A stretch of 64,000 nucleotides of DNA. It comes from an uncultured Muribaculaceae bacterium. Its GTDB lineage: Bacteria; Bacillota_I; Bacilli_A; RF39; UBA660. Made by a program: the position numbers and the translations under genes. Every line of letters starts with the position of its first letter. Position 1 is the stretch's first letter. The notes below the pieces were generated by a model, which saw nothing but the letters and a program-made list of their open reading frames with translations, searched no databases and was not told where the DNA came from. The stretch covers positions 10,188-74,187 of the forward strand of contig CAZVUP010000002.1 in the NCBI GenBank assembly GCA_964630365.1, in the 5' to 3' direction. Shown here one piece after another: positions 38,382 through 48,788 of this stretch.

Positions 38382-38681
38382 TTAGCTATCTTCTACAACA
38401 GATTTTATATTACTATTATTATAACTCAAACCTTGTTGTTCTGCAACTTGCTGTATCTTCGTAAGTGATGCTAATTCATCAATTGTCATAGCAAGAGATT
38501 CATTAGTCTTTTTCTGTTTTTCTATTTCTTTTTTCTGCTTTTCTACTTCAAAATTAATTTCTGCTAATGTAGCTTTCGAAAAAACTATTGAAACCGGTGA
38601 AACAACTAATAATAGTACTGCAACGGTATACAAAAGTTTTTCAAATTTAGAAATCTTAACACGCTTTTTCACCTTTTTCAT
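38382..38681 (-). CDS. ftsL: cell division protein FtsL
   Basis: 99-aa bitopic protein with a coiled coil, between rsmH and pbpB. Confidence 0.6.
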   Translation of the reverse strand: MKKVKKRVKISKFEKLLYTVAVLLLVVSPVSIVFSKATLAEINFEVEKQKKEIEKQKKTNESLAMTIDELASLTKIQQVAEQQGLSYNNSNIKSVVEDS

Positions 38682-38690
38682 AAAGACCTC

Positions 38691-39623
38691 CTATTTTATT
38701 CTTTCTATAACTCTAAGCTTTGCACTCCTGGCCCGAGGATTATTCTCTAATTCCACAGAACTTGGCACAATTGCTTTATTTACAACTAACTTAAAATTTG
38801 GCAAATACTCTTCAGGGATATTTGGCATTCCCTTTAGCCGTTCATCAATCGCTGTCTTTTCCCTAAAAATATTCTTTACCAATCTATCTTCCAAAGAATG
38901 AAAAGTAATAACAGCAATTCGTCCTCCAACTTTTAAAATATCCATCGCTTGTAAAAGTGCAGGCTCTATAACATCTAATTCATGATTTACTTCAATTCTA
39001 ATTGCTTGAAAAATTTGTCGAGCTGGATGTTTATCTATTCTAAATTTCATTGGAACAGCAGTTTTAATTATTTCAACTAATTCAAGTGTTGTCTCAATTG
39101 GTTTCTCACTTCGATATTCAACAATTTTTTTAGCAATATTATTTGCAAATTTTGCCTCACCATACTTATGAAAGATTTTTGCTAACTCTTCTTTAGAATA
39201 ATCATTAACAACTTCATAAGCTGATAATTTTTGTTCTTGATCCATTCTCATATCAAGTCTTGCATCCTGATGATAAGAAAATCCTCTTTCAACATCATCA
39301 AGTTGAGGCGAAGATACGCCTAAATCAAATAAGACAGCATCAACTTCAAAAACGCCAAGATTTTGAAGTTCACTTTTCATATTAACAAAATTACTTTTAA
39401 TGATAGTGAAGTTAGTACCGATCTTTTTTAAGCGATCGGTACTATGCCGAATTGCTTCACTATCTTGGTCAAAGGCGAATAAATACCCCTCGTTTATTCT
39501 ATCCAAGATGTTACTACTGTGTCCTCCATAGCCAAGTGTTGCATCTACTACAATACTATTTACATTTAAATTTAGGGAGGAAATAGATTCTTCTAGTAGA
39601 ACGCTTATATGTTTTTCCGTCAT
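38691..39623 (-). CDS. rsmH: 16S rRNA (cytosine1402-N4)-methyltransferase
   Basis: HISVLLEESI...DATLGYGGHS N-terminus and SAM-MTase motifs. 310 aa. Sits after mraZ. Confidence 0.9.
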   Translation of the reverse strand: MTEKHISVLLEESISSLNLNVNSIVVDATLGYGGHSSNILDRINEGYLFAFDQDSEAIRHSTDRLKKIGTNFTIIKSNFVNMKSELQNLGVFEVDAVLFDLGVSSPQLDDVERGFSYHQDARLDMRMDQEQKLSAYEVVNDYSKEELAKIFHKYGEAKFANNIAKKIVEYRSEKPIETTLELVEIIKTAVPMKFRIDKHPARQIFQAIRIEVNHELDVIEPALLQAMDILKVGGRIAVITFHSLEDRLVKNIFREKTAIDERLKGMPNIPEEYLPNFKLVVNKAIVPSSVELENNPRARSAKLRVIERIK

Positions 39624-40090
39624 AAATTCACACTTTCATTAAATAAATTTTCGGCTATGTCTGACATACTGTCTTTCGTAGAATTGAAGAAATCATCCCA
39701 AGCCTCTTGAGCCCATATTTCTAATCTGTCACCAGTACCAACGATTACGCAATCTTTCTTCAAACCTGCATAATTAATTAATGGTGACATAACATTTACT
39801 CTTCCTTGTTTATCCAATTCTACATTTGTAGCACCTGACATAAAGAAACGATTAAAAACTCTCGCATCTTTTTTAGTAAAAGGTAGTGAATTTAATTTAT
39901 TACAGATTTCATCCCAATTAGCATTAGAATAGACGAAAAGACAATTTTCAATTCCTCTGGTAATAATAAAACTATCGCCAAGATCTTCGCGAAACTTAGC
40001 AGGAATTATAATTCTACCTTTATCATCTATCGTATGATGATATTCTCCTATAAACATATTCATCCCCCACTTTTCACCACAATCAACCAC
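39620..40090 (-). CDS. mraZ: transcriptional regulator MraZ
   Basis: MFIGEYHHTIDDKGRIIIPAKFRE and a second DxxGR repeat. The true start is probably the internal Met (MFIG...). Confidence 0.85.
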   Translation of the reverse strand: MVDCGEKWGMNMFIGEYHHTIDDKGRIIIPAKFREDLGDSFIITRGIENCLFVYSNANWDEICNKLNSLPFTKKDARVFNRFFMSGATNVELDKQGRVNVMSPLINYAGLKKDCVIVGTGDRLEIWAQEAWDDFFNSTKDSMSDIAENLFNESVNL

Positions 40091-40177
40091 TACTTACCTA
40101 TATATTACAAAAATGCAAAAAAAAAGTAAATATCAAAAATGATATTTTCTTTGATATTTACATTTATTTACAACAAA

Positions 40178-41221
40178 TTAAATTAAACTTTTTCGTGTGA
40201 AACTTTCCACATCTTTATCAATATATAAATCAATTACACCTTTATTAACAATCTTAATAAATCCTAAACCATTTATAACTAAATCTTCATCATATTTCAT
40301 ATTATATGTAATTTTATTTTTATCTTTCAATTCTTGATTGTTAAATAAGTTAAGTAAACGCCTTACCTTTAAATCATTAGATATAAATAATGTAAAACTG
40401 TTCTTTTCTCCTTCAACATAATCAATTCTAATTAAATCTTCTATTATAATAGATTGATTTTTGCGCAATTGATAAGTTCTAGGCTTTATTTCCTTGCGAG
40501 CAGATATCTTTTTTACAACGTTTTCATCAACATGATTTAAAATTGATCCAACATCTACAAGTCCAGGTGTATCTATAAGAGTTAAATGTTCATTTATTTC
40601 AATAGTCACTGTATTTAATGTTGTTGAAGGGAGTGGACTCATAGTTAGTTCCTGAGTATTTGTCGAATAATTTTTAATAAGTTTATTAATTAAACTACTT
40701 TTACCAGCATTTGTATGTCCCACAACATAAACATTCTTACTAGTTTGATAAAACTTAATTCTTTTTAATAAATAATCGATATTATAGTTCTTATTCGCTG
40801 AAATAACTATTACCTCTTCAAAGTGAACACCCTGTGACTCTAAATATTCAATTAATTTATTTTCTTTTACAGATTTTGGCAAAACATCTTTTTTATTTAA
40901 AACCAATATCATTTTATTAGGAATTATTTTTCGAATATCTTCAATATTTTTTTCTAAGTTAAGTAAATCTGTAACATATAAAACCAAGTCTTTAGTTTTA
41001 CCAACATCCTCAAGAATTTTTATATATTCTTCATTCGATTTAGTAACAACTTGATATTCTCCATAATTCTTCATTCTAAAGCATCTTTGACATATATCAT
41101 TTTCCAAACTTGTAGTATAACCCTCTTGCAAAACATTTTCATCTTGCAATAACACTCCACATCCCAAACATCGCTTTTCATTCATAATATCTACCTCTTT
41201 CAAATAGGCCTCTTTTTGCAT
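40178..41221 (-). CDS. yqeH: ribosome biogenesis GTPase YqeH
   Basis: N-terminal Zn finger (CLGCGVLLQ...CQRCFRMKNYGE) plus a circularly permuted GTPase (NKKD...GHTNAGKSSLIN). Confidence 0.8.
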   Translation of the reverse strand: MQKEAYLKEVDIMNEKRCLGCGVLLQDENVLQEGYTTSLENDICQRCFRMKNYGEYQVVTKSNEEYIKILEDVGKTKDLVLYVTDLLNLEKNIEDIRKIIPNKMILVLNKKDVLPKSVKENKLIEYLESQGVHFEEVIVISANKNYNIDYLLKRIKFYQTSKNVYVVGHTNAGKSSLINKLIKNYSTNTQELTMSPLPSTTLNTVTIEINEHLTLIDTPGLVDVGSILNHVDENVVKKISARKEIKPRTYQLRKNQSIIIEDLIRIDYVEGEKNSFTLFISNDLKVRRLLNLFNNQELKDKNKITYNMKYDEDLVINGLGFIKIVNKGVIDLYIDKDVESFTRKSLI

Positions 41222-41696
41222 AATATTTTACTATTATTTTCTCAATAAATCTATTAAAACTAGTAATTTTAAGGTCTTTTTCACCTAAAGGATCAGTCAA
41301 AATTGTTTTTATTCCATAATTTTTGCCAGCCAAAATATCAGTAAGTATTTGATCACCAATTATACACATTTCATTTTTTTTGAAATTTGTTTGCTTTTTA
41401 ATTTTCTTTAAACCAATACTTAATGGTTTTATACTCCAGGATACTCCTTCAATATTAAGATTATCTAAATATGGTTGTAATCTTTTTTTGGTATTATTAG
41501 AACATATACAAATATGAAAATCCTTCTTTAATTTTTCTATTAATATTATGGTTTCTCTAGGACACTCCATATTGGATATCAAACCTAGTGTATTATCAAG
41601 ATCAAATATTAAACACTTAATACCTTTATTTTTAAGCTTATCATAATCAATACTATATATATCTTTTTGATAAGAATCGGGTATAAAAAGACCCAT
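41178..41696 (-). CDS. yqeG: YqeG family HAD-IIIA phosphatase
   Basis: LIFDLDNTL HAD motif I. 172 aa. Immediately upstream of yqeH, as in Bacillus. Confidence 0.8.
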   Translation of the reverse strand: MGLFIPDSYQKDIYSIDYDKLKNKGIKCLIFDLDNTLGLISNMECPRETIILIEKLKKDFHICICSNNTKKRLQPYLDNLNIEGVSWSIKPLSIGLKKIKKQTNFKKNEMCIIGDQILTDILAGKNYGIKTILTDPLGEKDLKITSFNRFIEKIIVKYYAKRGLFERGRYYE

Positions 41697-41720
41697 GAAA
41701 TCACTCCTAGTATATTTAAA

Positions 41721-42611
41721 TTATATTTTATCTTTTTTGCTTAAAACAAACTTTGAATAGTTGTCATTAATATGAGTATGACAATACTCACAAACACTTT
41801 TACCATTAAGATTATTACCACAATTAGGGCATTTTTCCAAAAATCTATTAGTAACAACAAATTCTAAATTATATTGATTATGTACTGAATTATTTACTTT
41901 TCCCCTAACCACTTCATTAGTATCAGTATCAATAACATAATCATTAAAAATTGTATGCATAAATAGTTTAATTATTATTGTATTGTTTTCTTCAATAATT
42001 TCCATTATATTGGCTGCAGCCAAAGAAAAATTAGACATTATATTTTGTCGATGTTTTGATCTAAGCTCCTCTAAATCCATTTTATATGATTGAAATAATT
42101 GATCAGTACAAAGACCCTTTAATGCATCATAATCAAAATTTATCCAAGCAACTTGAATCTCAATAAACATTTTAAATAAATGTTCCAACAAACTTTTTTC
42201 CGTATATTCAGGAAAATATTTTTTTACGACCTCATCATAATCATGCGTAAATGGACTATCTTCTAACGTAGTAATTGCTTCCTTAATCTTGATATTACCA
42301 GCTGGCATAGGAATTGATAATAAAAGCATTCTAATTATTGAAAAAACTGGTATTAATAAAAGAACAAGCAAAAGTATCAACGTAGTAATACCATCAATTT
42401 TCGCATCACTTGTACCATGACTACCACTATAACTACTACCGCTACTAAAATCCCAGTCCGAAGAAGAACTTCCGCCCCAACTAGAGCTACTACCCCAACT
42501 AGAACCTGAACTATAATCACTATCCCAACCAGAATCAGCATTTACAATAAAAAAAGAACCTAACGACAAAACAAGAAAAAAAACCAAAAGTATATATTTT
42601 ATTTTTTTCAT
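41721..42611 (-). CDS. hypothetical membrane protein with Ser/Gly-rich N-terminal region and C-terminal zinc ribbon
   Basis: Signal peptide, SGSSWGSSSS low-complexity region, TM helix, C-terminal CPNCGNNLNGKSVCEYCH. Confidence 0.45.
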   Translation of the reverse strand: MKKIKYILLVFFLVLSLGSFFIVNADSGWDSDYSSGSSWGSSSSWGGSSSSDWDFSSGSSYSGSHGTSDAKIDGITTLILLLVLLLIPVFSIIRMLLLSIPMPAGNIKIKEAITTLEDSPFTHDYDEVVKKYFPEYTEKSLLEHLFKMFIEIQVAWINFDYDALKGLCTDQLFQSYKMDLEELRSKHRQNIMSNFSLAAANIMEIIEENNTIIIKLFMHTIFNDYVIDTDTNEVVRGKVNNSVHNQYNLEFVVTNRFLEKCPNCGNNLNGKSVCEYCHTHINDNYSKFVLSKKDKI

Positions 42612-42620
42612 ATTTACCCC

Positions 42621-43148
42621 TTAATCAAAACTCTTAATAATAAAATCAAAATCTGCAAAATCAAATGCTCTACCACAATTAGGGCAATTCGAATTTTCAT
42701 AAATATTAATAGGTGCTCCACAACCCAAACAATTATAAGTATGACTAACTTCACCATTTTTCTTTTGAAAAGTTACAATATGAATCACTTTTACACGTTC
42801 ATTAGTATTTCCTCTTAAAAAATGTCCATCATCAATTGCCGTATAATATTTCAAGTATTTAGTAGTAGCATTCACAATGATTTCAACATTAGTAGAATTA
42901 TCTACGATATCCTTTATTTCACAACTAACATTAATTTCATCATAATTAACTTTTTCTCCATTTTCTTTTGCTAAAGATACTTTATCATCTATCTTTTTAA
43001 AAACTTCTTCACTAACAAAATGTTTTATCTTTTCAACTTCACCAGATGAAATAAATATAAACATCATCTTAATGAAATTATTAGCTCTACTTAAAAACAA
43101 ACTAGTATTAAAATCTAAATCTTTTGCTACTAATTCTTCTTCCGTCAT
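42621..43148 (-). CDS. hypothetical protein with C-terminal zinc ribbon
   Basis: CLGCGAPINIYENSNCPNCG at the C-terminus. 175 aa. Confidence 0.45.
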   Translation of the reverse strand: MTEEELVAKDLDFNTSLFLSRANNFIKMMFIFISSGEVEKIKHFVSEEVFKKIDDKVSLAKENGEKVNYDEINVSCEIKDIVDNSTNVEIIVNATTKYLKYYTAIDDGHFLRGNTNERVKVIHIVTFQKKNGEVSHTYNCLGCGAPINIYENSNCPNCGRAFDFADFDFIIKSFD

Positions 43149-43156
43149 AATTCCTC

Positions 43157-44593
43157 CTAGTTATTAACTCTTTGCCTAATCATCTCTGTTCCCATCGTTA
43201 TCTTTTCAAAAGTATAACCATTATTTTTTCCATAATGAATTATATCTCTAAGTGCATCTCTCGTATATGTCTTAATATCATGCATTAATACCATATTAAC
43301 ACGATCTTTACGCAAACTAGATACAACATTATTATAAATATCTGAACTACTTGGGCTTCCACCAGCAGCATCACCGCTGGATACATTCCAATCATAATAT
43401 TTAAATCCTCTATTAAGTACTTCACCTGTTAAATAACTCATAATCCCAGCTGAATAACGTCTACTAATAGTATTACTACTTCCTCCTGGAAAACGTATTA
43501 TTTTACTTTCATAACCAGTAATTCTTTTAACTCTATCTTGAACACTATACAAATCTGAAAAATATGAATCAGCAGAAGCATAAACAATCGCATAATCATG
43601 ACTAGCGGTATGAAGTGCAACAGTATGTCCTTCATCGTATTCCCTTTTTATTAATTCATCAGGACCTTTATTCGTTACAAAGAAAGTAGCCTTCACTCCT
43701 TCTTCTTTTAAAATATCAAGAATGACATCAGTTGTACCACTATTAGGGCCATCATCAAAAGTTAAATAAATAGTCCCATTTGCCCCTCTTTCACTAACCA
43801 TAACAGTTCTCGTAATACTAGCTTCATTTCCAGCGGCATCTACTGCTTTATAAGTTATTTTGTATTCACCAGCAGTATTCATATCAACATTACCGCTTGC
43901 TTCAACACTTACATTTTCATCGCAATTATCTGTTGCAGTTGCACCTGAATCACTATATGTATCACCACGATAAACATAAACATAATCGGCACCCTCTAGA
44001 ACAATTTTAGGCTGTTCAATATCTTTAAAGAAAATCTTCTTTTCAACTTCCTTCATATTTCCAGAACTATCTTTTACTTTATAAATAATACTATCACTAT
44101 CAATAATAGTTTTAATTCTTTTACTAATATCACCATCATAATTATCAGTTGCTTTTACTTTTTCTGGAACCACTTCATCACCAGGACATAAATAAATATC
44201 ACTATTATCAATATCTAATTTTGGTTTTGTCAAATCCTTAACTAAAACTTTCCTCTTTACTTTTCTAGTAAAAATACCTGTCTTAACTTTATATGTTATA
44301 TCATATTCCCCTAACTTATTAGAATTAACTTTACCAGAGACAGACACATCAGAACTAATATCATCACCAAGAAAACTAGCATTATAGCCTTTCTCTTTAT
44401 ACTTATCTTTATAATTTAAGACAACAACCTTATCACCTTTAAGATTAATTTGCGGTAATAATAAAAAATTAATAATGATAACTACTAACATAATAGTAGC
44501 AACCAAAGAAAACCATACTAAGAATTTTTTGTTTATAAAATGCTTCGTCTCAAACAATCTTTTTATTTTTCTTTTTAACTCAATTTTACTCAT
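43157..44593 (-). CDS. polysaccharide deacetylase family protein with N-terminal TM and Ig-like repeats
   Basis: NodB motif TIYLTFDDGPNSGTTD, plus HTASH and MHD His motifs. Three repeated about 70-aa beta modules precede the catalytic domain. Confidence 0.75.
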   Translation of the reverse strand: MSKIELKRKIKRLFETKHFINKKFLVWFSLVATIMLVVIIINFLLLPQINLKGDKVVVLNYKDKYKEKGYNASFLGDDISSDVSVSGKVNSNKLGEYDITYKVKTGIFTRKVKRKVLVKDLTKPKLDIDNSDIYLCPGDEVVPEKVKATDNYDGDISKRIKTIIDSDSIIYKVKDSSGNMKEVEKKIFFKDIEQPKIVLEGADYVYVYRGDTYSDSGATATDNCDENVSVEASGNVDMNTAGEYKITYKAVDAAGNEASITRTVMVSERGANGTIYLTFDDGPNSGTTDVILDILKEEGVKATFFVTNKGPDELIKREYDEGHTVALHTASHDYAIVYASADSYFSDLYSVQDRVKRITGYESKIIRFPGGSSNTISRRYSAGIMSYLTGEVLNRGFKYYDWNVSSGDAAGGSPSSSDIYNNVVSSLRKDRVNMVLMHDIKTYTRDALRDIIHYGKNNGYTFEKITMGTEMIRQRVNN

Positions 44594-44652
44594 ACAAAGA
44601 CCAACTCTCTCACCTTAAATTATAATAAAAAGTATGGTTTTTGTAAAGAGTA

Positions 44653-45351
44653 TCAAATCCGATTGTTTTTAATAAATTCCCTTAAAAGTTTTGTAAGTGC
44701 CCTTTTCTCTATACGTGAAACATAGCTTCTAGAAATACCCATTTTTTTAGAAATTGTTTTTTGTGTTTCCTCATCTACATTTTCTAAACCATACCTATTT
44801 ATTATTATTTTCTTCTCCCGAGGAGTTAATACATCCATATACTCATATAATAATTTAATATTATCTTTCAATTCAATATCATCACAAAAATCAACTTCTT
44901 CAGTCTTTAAAATATCCATAATAGCAATCTCATTACCATCTTTATCATAACCTACTGTTTCATTGATAGAAATATCTTTACTATACTTATTATTCTTTCT
45001 AAAATACATTAATATTTCATTCTCAATACACCTAGCACAATAGGTAGTAATTTTAACACCTTTATCAGGAGAAAAAGTATCTACGCCTTTTATTAATCCA
45101 ATTGTACCAATACTAATTAAATCATCTACATCAGTTTGTTTAGAATCATATTTTTTAACAATATGAGCTACTAATCTTAAATTATGTTCAATTAATTTAT
45201 TCCTACTCTCTAAGTCACCATTAAGCTTCTTTTTAATACACTCATCTTCCTCTTCCGGAGATAAAGGTTCTAAAAAAACATCATTAGAATAACTACCAGT
45301 AAAACAAAATAAACTTTTTAATAAATAAATTAAAAACATATAATCACCCAT
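44653..45351 (-). CDS. sigK: sporulation pro-sigma factor, SigK/SigE family (SigK-like)
   Basis: Pro-sequence, then FLEPLSPEEE, IEHNLRLVAHIVKKY, DLISIGTIGLIKGVDTF, TYCARCIENEILMYFR and ISRSYVSRIEKRAL. Near-identical to the conserved blocks of Bacillus SigK/SigE. Confidence 0.75.
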   Translation of the reverse strand: MGDYMFLIYLLKSLFCFTGSYSNDVFLEPLSPEEEDECIKKKLNGDLESRNKLIEHNLRLVAHIVKKYDSKQTDVDDLISIGTIGLIKGVDTFSPDKGVKITTYCARCIENEILMYFRKNNKYSKDISINETVGYDKDGNEIAIMDILKTEEVDFCDDIELKDNIKLLYEYMDVLTPREKKIIINRYGLENVDEETQKTISKKMGISRSYVSRIEKRALTKLLREFIKNNRI

Positions 45352-45377
45352 GTAATTATATGTCTAAATATCTGTTT

Positions 45378-46790
45378 TTATTTTAATTTTAATTTTTTCA
45401 TAACTACCTTTAAACTATCATTAATAAATTTTTTATTTAGTAAAAAGGCATAAATACAAACTACTACTAAATTAACAATATTTAATAATAAATTATTATA
45501 GTAATAAAGTCCAATTGAAAATGTAAATATAATCAAAGTCTTCAATATTAAACCATTCTCAATTTTAATATTGATGTACTTTTTCAAATCTATATGTCGA
45601 TATAACATCATTACAAAATAAGCTATAGCTGTTGATATAGCAGCAGCATATAATCCTATTTGTTTAATAAATACAATATTTATAATAATATTTATAACCG
45701 CCCCAATAATAGCCGTTGTGGCTACTTGTTTTGATAATTTCTTAGCTAAGTATACTTGACTATATAAACATATTGCTACATTAAATACTGCTCCCAGTAC
45801 TAAAAAAGGAATATAATTATAAGCATCATTATATTTCGAATCTATTAATAACGGAAAAACAAATGGTAAGCAAGCAATCATTCCAACACCTAAAGCTGTA
45901 AATAACTTAATAACTGTATTTGTAATATCTGAAAAGAATTCATCTCTATCATCACTATTAATATGTAAAGCTGCACTCTCACTCCAACTAAGATTAAATA
46001 CACCAGTCAAACTAGAAATAATAGTTGGAAACTTATTACTAATAGCATATAGTCCATTAAAAGAAGCTCCTAAAACAATTTTTATAATAGTTCGATCACT
46101 AACATTAACAATCCACCAACTTATACCATTAGGTATTAAAGGAAGCGAGTATTTATACATTTCTTTCAATAATTTACTATCAACCAATTTAAAATCTACA
46201 TCTTTATATAATTTAAGTTTTAAAAATAAATATAATGAACAAATAAAATTAGCTAGTGCCATAGAAACAATCATTCCTAGTGCTCCCATATGGAAATAAC
46301 AAATTAATACTATGTTAGAAATAACTGTTGTTAACCCCGTCAAAATACAACTAATAGAGTAATCTAATGTCTTTCCATACCCTCTAGCAATCTGTAAAAA
46401 ATTACCTGATAAAACGCAAACAATAATATCAATTAATATTATCCATCTAAATGGAATTGTTACAAAAGCTGAAAAAATTATATATAATAAACTAAATAAA
46501 CTTAAACTAATAAGTAATACATAGAAATTATTACTAATAAGTTTCTTTGTATTTTTATTATCCCCTCTTGCATCAATTAAATATCTAAAAATACTCATTT
46601 CAAGTTCTAAAGTAATAATTGGAACAAGTAATGTAACATATGTCTGAATCAAATCAACAAGTCCATATTCACTAGTTGCCAAATACGCAGTATATAGAGG
46701 TAATAAGAAAAACGATATTAATTGTGTACAGACTTTTCCAAAAAATATTATAATTGTATTTTTAGCAAGTTGCTTCTTTTTATTCATCAA
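45378..46790 (-). CDS. MOP-superfamily oligosaccharide flippase (Wzx-like polysaccharide biosynthesis protein)
   Basis: 470 aa with 12-14 TM, characteristic length and topology. Confidence 0.65.
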   Translation of the reverse strand: MMNKKKQLAKNTIIIFFGKVCTQLISFFLLPLYTAYLATSEYGLVDLIQTYVTLLVPIITLELEMSIFRYLIDARGDNKNTKKLISNNFYVLLISLSLFSLLYIIFSAFVTIPFRWIILIDIIVCVLSGNFLQIARGYGKTLDYSISCILTGLTTVISNIVLICYFHMGALGMIVSMALANFICSLYLFLKLKLYKDVDFKLVDSKLLKEMYKYSLPLIPNGISWWIVNVSDRTIIKIVLGASFNGLYAISNKFPTIISSLTGVFNLSWSESAALHINSDDRDEFFSDITNTVIKLFTALGVGMIACLPFVFPLLIDSKYNDAYNYIPFLVLGAVFNVAICLYSQVYLAKKLSKQVATTAIIGAVINIIINIVFIKQIGLYAAAISTAIAYFVMMLYRHIDLKKYINIKIENGLILKTLIIFTFSIGLYYYNNLLLNIVNLVVVCIYAFLLNKKFINDSLKVVMKKLKLK

Positions 46791-47241
46791 ATCTCCTCCT
46801 CCAATTATTTAATGTCCAATAACTAAAACTAGCTGCTATTCCACCAATAGTATCAATTACAACATCAAGTATTTCTCCACTTCTCCCATTAACAAACATC
46901 TGATGGACTTCATCACTAATCGCATATACAAAAACAATCAAAATAGTCAAAGCAATACTTCTATAACTAATAATTGTAAATTCTTTGATAAAACTAATAA
47001 TAGCTAAACCTAGTAAAAAATATAAAAACAAATGTGCACTTTTCCTAACTATTTTAACAAATTTTTTTATATATTTTTCCTTCTCATATTCACTAAGTTT
47101 CCTTTCTAATATTACTTCACATGACTTAACTATAATAGAATCACTTTTCTTCGTCGATTGACTACCAGTATCTGCTGATAAAGAAAATATAAATGCCATT
47201 AATAATACTATTATTATAAATTTAACTACTTTTCTAATCAC
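46780..47241 (-). CDS. VanZ family protein
   Basis: 4-TM. C-terminal ISDEVHQMFVNGRSGEILDVVIDTIGG matches the VanZ-like motif. Confidence 0.6.
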   Translation of the reverse strand: MIRKVVKFIIIVLLMAFIFSLSADTGSQSTKKSDSIIVKSCEVILERKLSEYEKEKYIKKFVKIVRKSAHLFLYFLLGLAIISFIKEFTIISYRSIALTILIVFVYAISDEVHQMFVNGRSGEILDVVIDTIGGIAASFSYWTLNNWRRRFDE

Positions 47242-48701
47242 TAATTAGTAACTCCCTCTTTTATTTTTCTAGATGCAACTGCATTATATGCTTCTTCAAT
47301 ATCATTAAAATAAATTGTCTCATCTTTTAATTTTTCATATGTCTCATTACCTTTACCCAGTATTAAAACAATATCCTTTTCTTGAGCCATATTAATTGCT
47401 TTATTAATAGCTTCTCTCCTATCAATAACTATCTCATAATTAGTATGCGTATCTTTTAATTCTTTAATAATATCTTCACAAATTGCCATAGGATCTTCAC
47501 TTCTTGGATCTTCATAAGTAAAAATTGCATATGTTGCATTTTCAACAACTACATTACCAACTTTAGGTCTTTTTAAATTATCCCTCTCACCAGCTTGGCC
47601 TATTACAACTATACTTTTGTTTATATCTAACGTATGAACAAAATTCAATAACTTTTGAATTCCATTAGGTGTATGAGCATAATCAACCATTACATAATAT
47701 GGAGTATCAGTTTTTAAAAGCTCTAATCTACCACTTATCTTAATATCAGCTATTCTTGGTAATATTAAATCAATATTAAAACCTGCTGCTACTGAGCATA
47801 AGATAGCACACGCTAAATTATAAACATTAAAGTCACCCATCAAAGGACTATCGATGTTCAATTCTCTATCACCATATTTAAAAACAATATCTGTATGATT
47901 TGGATAAACCTTGTAATTAACTATTTGCAAATCATTATCAGCAGCTTTTCCATAAGTTAAAACTTTCCCATTACAAGCTGCCTTAACTTGTTCATAATAA
48001 AGATCATCTTTATTAATTATACAAAAACCATCTTTCTTTGTTTGTCTAAATAATTGTAATTTTGAATCTAGATAGTTTTCAAAAGAACCATGGATATTAA
48101 GATGTTCACTAGTTATATTTGTAATAGCCGAAACATCATACTCCATAGCCTGTAAACGTCCTCTGAAAAAAGCCTCACTTGATGCTTCCATCGCCGTATA
48201 TTTACATCCATACTTAACAAATTCATCCAAATATAAATACAAGTTTTGTGCATCAGGAGTAGTATTGGGATTATCACCAGTAAATCCTGCACAACTTCTA
48301 CCATTAGTTCCTATATACCCACAAATATCACTTCCAATAAGTGTTTGAATAATTGTAGTTACACTTGTTTTCCCATCTGTACCAGTAACCCCAATCATTT
48401 TCATTTTATTATCAGGATAATCATAGAACTTTTGACACAAATATGGTAATTCTCTATTAGTATCTGGTACTTTAATAATAGGAACACTCTTATCTTTTAT
48501 ATCTTTACTGACTATTATAGCACTAGCACCATTTTTTATAGCTTCATCAATAAAATCATGACGATCCCTAGTAACACCCATTGTACAGACAAACAAATCG
48601 CCTGCTACCACTTCCTTAGAATTGATTTTAATTCCTTTTATTAATATATCTGTACCAACACCAGGATATAATTCATTTAATTTTTTCATACACTTCACCA
48701 A
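47241..48701 (-). CDS. murE: UDP-N-acetylmuramoyl-tripeptide ligase (MurE-type Mur ligase)
   Basis: GVTGTDGKTS P-loop and DYAHTP Mur-ligase motifs. 486 aa. Confidence 0.8.
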   Translation of the reverse strand: MVKCMKKLNELYPGVGTDILIKGIKINSKEVVAGDLFVCTMGVTRDRHDFIDEAIKNGASAIIVSKDIKDKSVPIIKVPDTNRELPYLCQKFYDYPDNKMKMIGVTGTDGKTSVTTIIQTLIGSDICGYIGTNGRSCAGFTGDNPNTTPDAQNLYLYLDEFVKYGCKYTAMEASSEAFFRGRLQAMEYDVSAITNITSEHLNIHGSFENYLDSKLQLFRQTKKDGFCIINKDDLYYEQVKAACNGKVLTYGKAADNDLQIVNYKVYPNHTDIVFKYGDRELNIDSPLMGDFNVYNLACAILCSVAAGFNIDLILPRIADIKISGRLELLKTDTPYYVMVDYAHTPNGIQKLLNFVHTLDINKSIVVIGQAGERDNLKRPKVGNVVVENATYAIFTYEDPRSEDPMAICEDIIKELKDTHTNYEIVIDRREAINKAINMAQEKDIVLILGKGNETYEKLKDETIYFNDIEEAYNAVASRKIKEGVTN

Positions 48702-48788
48702 GATAATTATACAGTAAAGATTACGATTATTAAAGCGTTTTTCTTGATATAAAGACTAATTTACGTTAAAATTAATAATGGTGATAAA

